A program made the position numbers and the translations under genes. A DNA stretch of 59,694 nt, filler included, from Asterionella formosa (Eukaryota): NCBI GenBank assembly GCA_002256025.1. It is 4 parts of 4 records of this genome, joined end to end, with 100 filler letters (N's around TTAATTAATTAA, not from the genome) between each part and the next. Parts side by side here need not be neighbours in the genome. Positions count along the whole stretch, not along the records: positions 44,852 to 59,694 come from NKIB01005727.1; 3 more parts are not named here. The stretch is one strand, 5' to 3'. The notes beneath the pieces are model-generated. The model did no database searches and was not told where the DNA came from. It saw only the letters and a program-made list of their open reading frames with translations. Of this stretch, positions 56,601 through 59,694 are shown in pieces (the stretch's first letter is position 1; every line of letters begins with the position of its first letter).

Positions 56601-58548
56601 CGACTGAGCCTTCATCCTGACTTAGCAACAGAGCAAACATAGCCACAACCTCTTGACAGAGAGCGCCAATAGGTGATGATAAAGGACAATCCTGTTCCGT
56701 GAAATTCCTGGTGCGACCACTCTGAAACTTATAATTAATAAGTAAACGTCGTCTTCGAATGTACCGCAACGAGGAAGTGACATTACTGCCAGGAAAGAGG
56801 GCGTTCACTGTTTCTTGCGCCACACGGTTGTATGCCGCATCCAACACGACCCTATCGGGCGAGCCAGTGTTAAGATCGATTGCGTTGATTCCCTGTGTAT
56901 TGGAAATCACAAAGACATTCTCCCCTTCAAATTCATTTAGCAATTTCGAGGGTGCAGGGGAGCTTGATGAAACAGTGGATGGCGCAATTGTCCTCAGTTC
57001 GCCAGATGGAACCCCGCTTGGTGTCAAAGAACTCAGGGATGGAATCGATGTGGGAAAAACAGTAGGAGTCAAGCTGGTAACTGTTGTCGTAGGCGCACTT
57101 GTAACTTTAGTGGGCACCGGAGTTGCAGGGCTTGTAGTGGGCACCGGAGTGGCAGGGCTTGTAGTGGGCACAGGACTTACTGGACTTAATGTTGGTTCTG
57201 GGCTTGATTGCGACGGTCCAGTTGTTGTTCCAGGACTAACAGTCGGCGTTGGATTGAGAGCGGAATCAATTGAAACATCAGTTTGGTAGCAGATGTTTTC
57301 CAGATTTGCTGTTTGATTTGCTGTCGGCGATGAGCCTGGTTTGGATCCTTGCACGTTGATTCCATTGGAGTTACCATCTGCCAGAAAATAGTAATTGTTT
57401 TGCAACACAAGGGGCAATTCCATAAAATTTGAATTTTGCCATGTGCTACTCGAAAGGCGATTGACAAAGGTTACATATTCGGACTGATCCAAATAGTCAT
57501 TCTGATTCCGATCCGATATCGTCAAACTAATAGTACACGTTGACAAGGATGTTGTGGGTAATGGAGTGGTTGTCGTTGGTATTGGAATGGATGTTGTGGG
57601 ACCAGATGCCGACGTCGTTGGAACATTCGTTGGCATTGTGGTTGGACTAACCGACGAACTGGTTGGAACATTTGTCGGTGCAGCTACTGGACGAAGTGGC
57701 GAAGTCGTTGGTATTCGCGTTGTGGGCACAGCGGTCGTCGGAGTTGCTGCCACTGGAGATCCTCCTCCCAAGGCAGCACTAATGGCCGCGGATGTACTCG
57801 AGCAAACAGTATCCAAATGGGCTTGTTGCTCCGACGTCGTGTTAACTCCTGGCTTTGATCCCATGACATCGATTCCGGCACCAACAGTGTACAAAGTAAA
57901 GTAATTTTCTTGCAAAACGTCCGGTAAAGTATCAAAGGAACTGCCAAAGGCATTTGACGACAATCGATTGACAAAAACAATATATTCTGTTTGATCTAAG
58001 AAATCATTCTTGTCCCGATCCGCAATGACCATGGCAATTTCACATTGTGTAAGTGACGGTGTTGGCGCTGGCGTTGCTTGTCGAACGGACACTTGCGATT
58101 TCGTTTCGTAACTCGATGATAAGACTCGACGAATTGTCCTTTCCAATTGCGTGCAAGTATCGTTCAAGAACTGTACATCGGAAAGGGTCGGAGTTGAATA
58201 CGGAGATGCTCCTGTAATATCGATGGTGGCATCGCTGTTGCCGCAGCAATCGCTCACACGGCTGCTTCTGATACTACTACTGCTACTGCTACTGCTACTG
58301 CGGCATCGACATCTCAAGTCTTCGAATGTCTGTTGCAATACCAGCGGAATATTGCTGAAGTACTCATCAAAGATATTCAAGGCGCGCCCAGACATAATGT
58401 CTGTTGCAATAACATACTCCGATTGATCCAACCGATCATCTCGATTGAGATCAGAATGATACAACACGACGGTACAGTTGGATGCTTGAGACGATGTGGG
58501 CACTGCCAATAGTCCAAGCAGGAGCAGGGTTATCCGACGTCTCATCAT
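53662..58548 (-). CDS. 1628-aa type I membrane protein: signal peptide, three Cys-flanked EF-hand-like modules, Pro/Thr-rich stalks, an RRRRL-containing membrane-proximal domain, a TM helix and a long acidic Ser-rich cytoplasmic tail with a helical domain
   Basis: Intronless ORF with signal MMRRRITLLLLGLLAVPTSSQA. Loops DLNRDDRLDQSE, DRDKNDFLDQTE and DRNQNDYLDQSE. TM IIGIVVGGVCAVCGVAGCW followed by RYSKRRK. Tail contains NGDWDGILNSA and IRAEVEALVRLVVPDEIENIDTMMAQFKGREEELLQTLRTMQER. Confidence 0.88.
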   Translation of the reverse strand: MMRRRITLLLLGLLAVPTSSQASNCTVVLYHSDLNRDDRLDQSEYVIATDIMSGRALNIFDEYFSNIPLVLQQTFEDLRCRCRSSSSSSSSSIRSSRVSDCCGNSDATIDITGASPYSTPTLSDVQFLNDTCTQLERTIRRVLSSSYETKSQVSVRQATPAPTPSLTQCEIAMVIADRDKNDFLDQTEYIVFVNRLSSNAFGSSFDTLPDVLQENYFTLYTVGAGIDVMGSKPGVNTTSEQQAHLDTVCSSTSAAISAALGGGSPVAATPTTAVPTTRIPTTSPLRPVAAPTNVPTSSSVSPTTMPTNVPTTSASGPTTSIPIPTTTTPLPTTSLSTCTISLTISDRNQNDYLDQSEYVTFVNRLSSSTWQNSNFMELPLVLQNNYYFLADGNSNGINVQGSKPGSSPTANQTANLENICYQTDVSIDSALNPTPTVSPGTTTGPSQSSPEPTLSPVSPVPTTSPATPVPTTSPATPVPTKVTSAPTTTVTSLTPTVFPTSIPSLSSLTPSGVPSGELRTIAPSTVSSSSPAPSKLLNEFEGENVFVISNTQGINAIDLNTGSPDRVVLDAAYNRVAQETVNALFPGSNVTSSLRYIRRRRLLINYKFQSGRTRNFTEQDCPLSSPIGALCQEVVAMFALLLSQDEGSVAIVANSTQAINNAINDGELQVALTALSSPFTVRGSTIVVDQPSAPPFAPGTFPSASPSSVTTEINPTVAPASNGSSFFNAATIIGIVVGGVCAVCGVAGCWRYSKRRKNAASLDQYKSVKRNDLRHSVDVEEADFNNGKQNSYDNDQEHPVTAYGQLYDDSEDNAPPGTTRKEPIKGFSDDDSEASEDYDDFNPRTKAAPVASTTGVGATGFEEYDDSDSDFESSNSTDQNLKGTLSHDRSSVTDFEDYKFDDPAFITEQKRAPMYAESSSELDSDEESDSGWEDDEGKSDGDSSTSDEYFEDSNENSEVNQDATFLESSEEANKDVCNFTSQNEGNGPKTGAIAGGAAMGVAVAGAAVVAANTLEGDVESESDSESNDESHGETGSEEESESEEMETEEGSEEETASESGSGSNEESRSDSDEDSNSDIEEEESGGISASQSDAETPVVAVNCSAAVSQRKSDVYTDFPKGGNDGPSKGAIAAGAATGGLALGAGSVALIKGNKSETETEDDGSTSYTDSDDNTYEEGTFEENLDSAEDSGSIEVSLASEASEAMELARQASERLEKMEDDNSLTKVDSRAGLLGEVDDASEAKSKDMDDLVKNGDWDGILNSATQMEKNLDDGGTGLESNDESGNSSESNEESDSDSSGTSSHSKSDASSFESGDSSSGSRSTETGDASTNLGESTDISELPSEVQRKEEIRAEVEALVRLVVPDEIENIDTMMAQFKGREEELLQTLRTMQERSVTARARAAVHKSKGRPPPRRDQGPGYRRDGAYSIDSRQTGDSETSRGSAAGSAAIAAASIPRPATGRIPIHPPPVPTHEINGFSEASSPESQQQHIVGRGRSQLQSTSDGSEGDLRSLGDSDNDTKGEEGTDDESDSEGKSESENVSGSESEEEASKSSSASESNSESRSSSSESSSLPSKSENSPLTLVPSNNGDRARRSSIVERGSKPWGYQSGSDDDGTAPGVSVGNYK

Positions 58549-59694
58549 CGTATTTTCCTTTATTTCTGGGTGCGATTTTGCAATTATTTCCTCCCTTCAG
58601 ACACACTTCTTTGCTGCGACGAGGTGCGCACTGTGCTCACACCTATGACACGATTAAAGCAGTAGGTGGACGACGCCTGCGAGTATTTCTTCTTGTCGAG
58701 GCTGGGGAGGGGCGGACATACATATAGGCATGGGAAAATACAAACGACGCCCCCGGCGCTGCGCCAACTGCCCTTCATAGAAAACATGGACCACATAAAT
58801 ATTTCACATCTTCACTTATTGCATTAGGCAGTCAATAGTAGAATTGCCCATTCGATATTTCTCATGTTGTTACATTCTTGATGACCAGATTTCAATAGCC
58901 CCCTAATTTTGCCTGCCGAAATAGACTGCCATTATTTCTGTGTGAAAAAAGAGGAAGGGAGGAGGTTGCAATGAAATTATTTACTGAGAATGATCCGCAT
59001 CATACATACTATGGATGGATGCAACGGTAACCGGTGCTGGTACTTAATTACTATTGGAAAACATTGTATACCGGTATTTCCGTTAATTATACGTAGCTAT
59101 TATGTGACGACTAACGATGTACACAAGTCTGATGATGATGGTTTCTTTCCCTACATACAGGACCCTTCTACAAAAAGTAATTAAAACTGGTCCCTGAACG
59201 TATATCTGTGTCAAATCTATTATCCTTGACCCTAACAAGTAACAATGCGACAATTTGTTTGCTTTGATGTGCTCAGCCAACATGGTGTTGGCTGCAGCTC
59301 TAGATCATCTTTGTCCTTTCACATGGAGCGCTTGTCGTTAAGGAGAAGATTTGGATGCCAGGGCAATAGCATTTCATAAGTTGACATACATTACTAAATA
59401 TGGCCAAATAAATGGTTTCTCTCCTACTCCATCAGAATGCTGATGGATAATTACCTCTCCATAGCCACCCAAACAATTTTGACTTTCTGAAAAATGGCAT
59501 TAACTGGTAACCATTCCTAGAGGTTGCAGTTCATGTGCATCAGACCTCACATCTAAAGTGGTTACCGCCAGTTAAAGCCATTTTTATGAAAGTTAGTACA
59601 TCCTGTGGATAACTTCGAAAATGTCATTGTCACATAGGGGTAACATTTTGTTCTTAAGTAATTTCTTTTTAATGTTATATTAGCCTATATGCAA

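Overview
Eukaryotic nuclear DNA, almost certainly from a diatom. Evidence: GT-AG introns, a chlorophyll synthase with a bipartite signal peptide and ASAF-type (ATA|F) plastid-targeting motif, an RRRRL (RXL) motif in a secreted protein, and diatom-type transposase remnants. The window is not one locus. It is four scaffolds of nearly equal, decreasing length (14854, 14849, 14848, 14843 bp) joined by 100-bp N44-TTAATTAATTAA-N44 linkers, so adjacency across 14855-14954, 29804-29903 and 44752-44851 is artificial. Scaffold 1 holds a Cys-rich type II membrane protein, chlG, a 4-exon DUR3 urea transporter, Tc1/pogo and PIF/Harbinger remnants, two tRNA-derived SINE-like elements and a minisatellite-filled foldback element. 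Scaffold 2 holds an SLC35B/PAPST-like transporter, a large acidic repeat protein, a DHX29-like helicase and a truncated RfnT-like MFS transporter. Scaffold 3 holds TIR elements, a 4-exon RNI-type LRR gene, TBP and a spliced COX17 missing from the ORF track. Scaffold 4 holds a decayed PIF/Harbinger element next to a decayed CxxHxCC/HIRAN-like gene, a TTAA-ended Kolobok-like terminus with a KolX/P2X7-ballast-like remnant next to an LRR pseudogene, and a 1628-aa type I membrane protein with three Cys-flanked EF-hand-like modules. No CRISPR, rRNA or intact tRNA was found. All family assignments come from motif recognition by eye and need profile searches.
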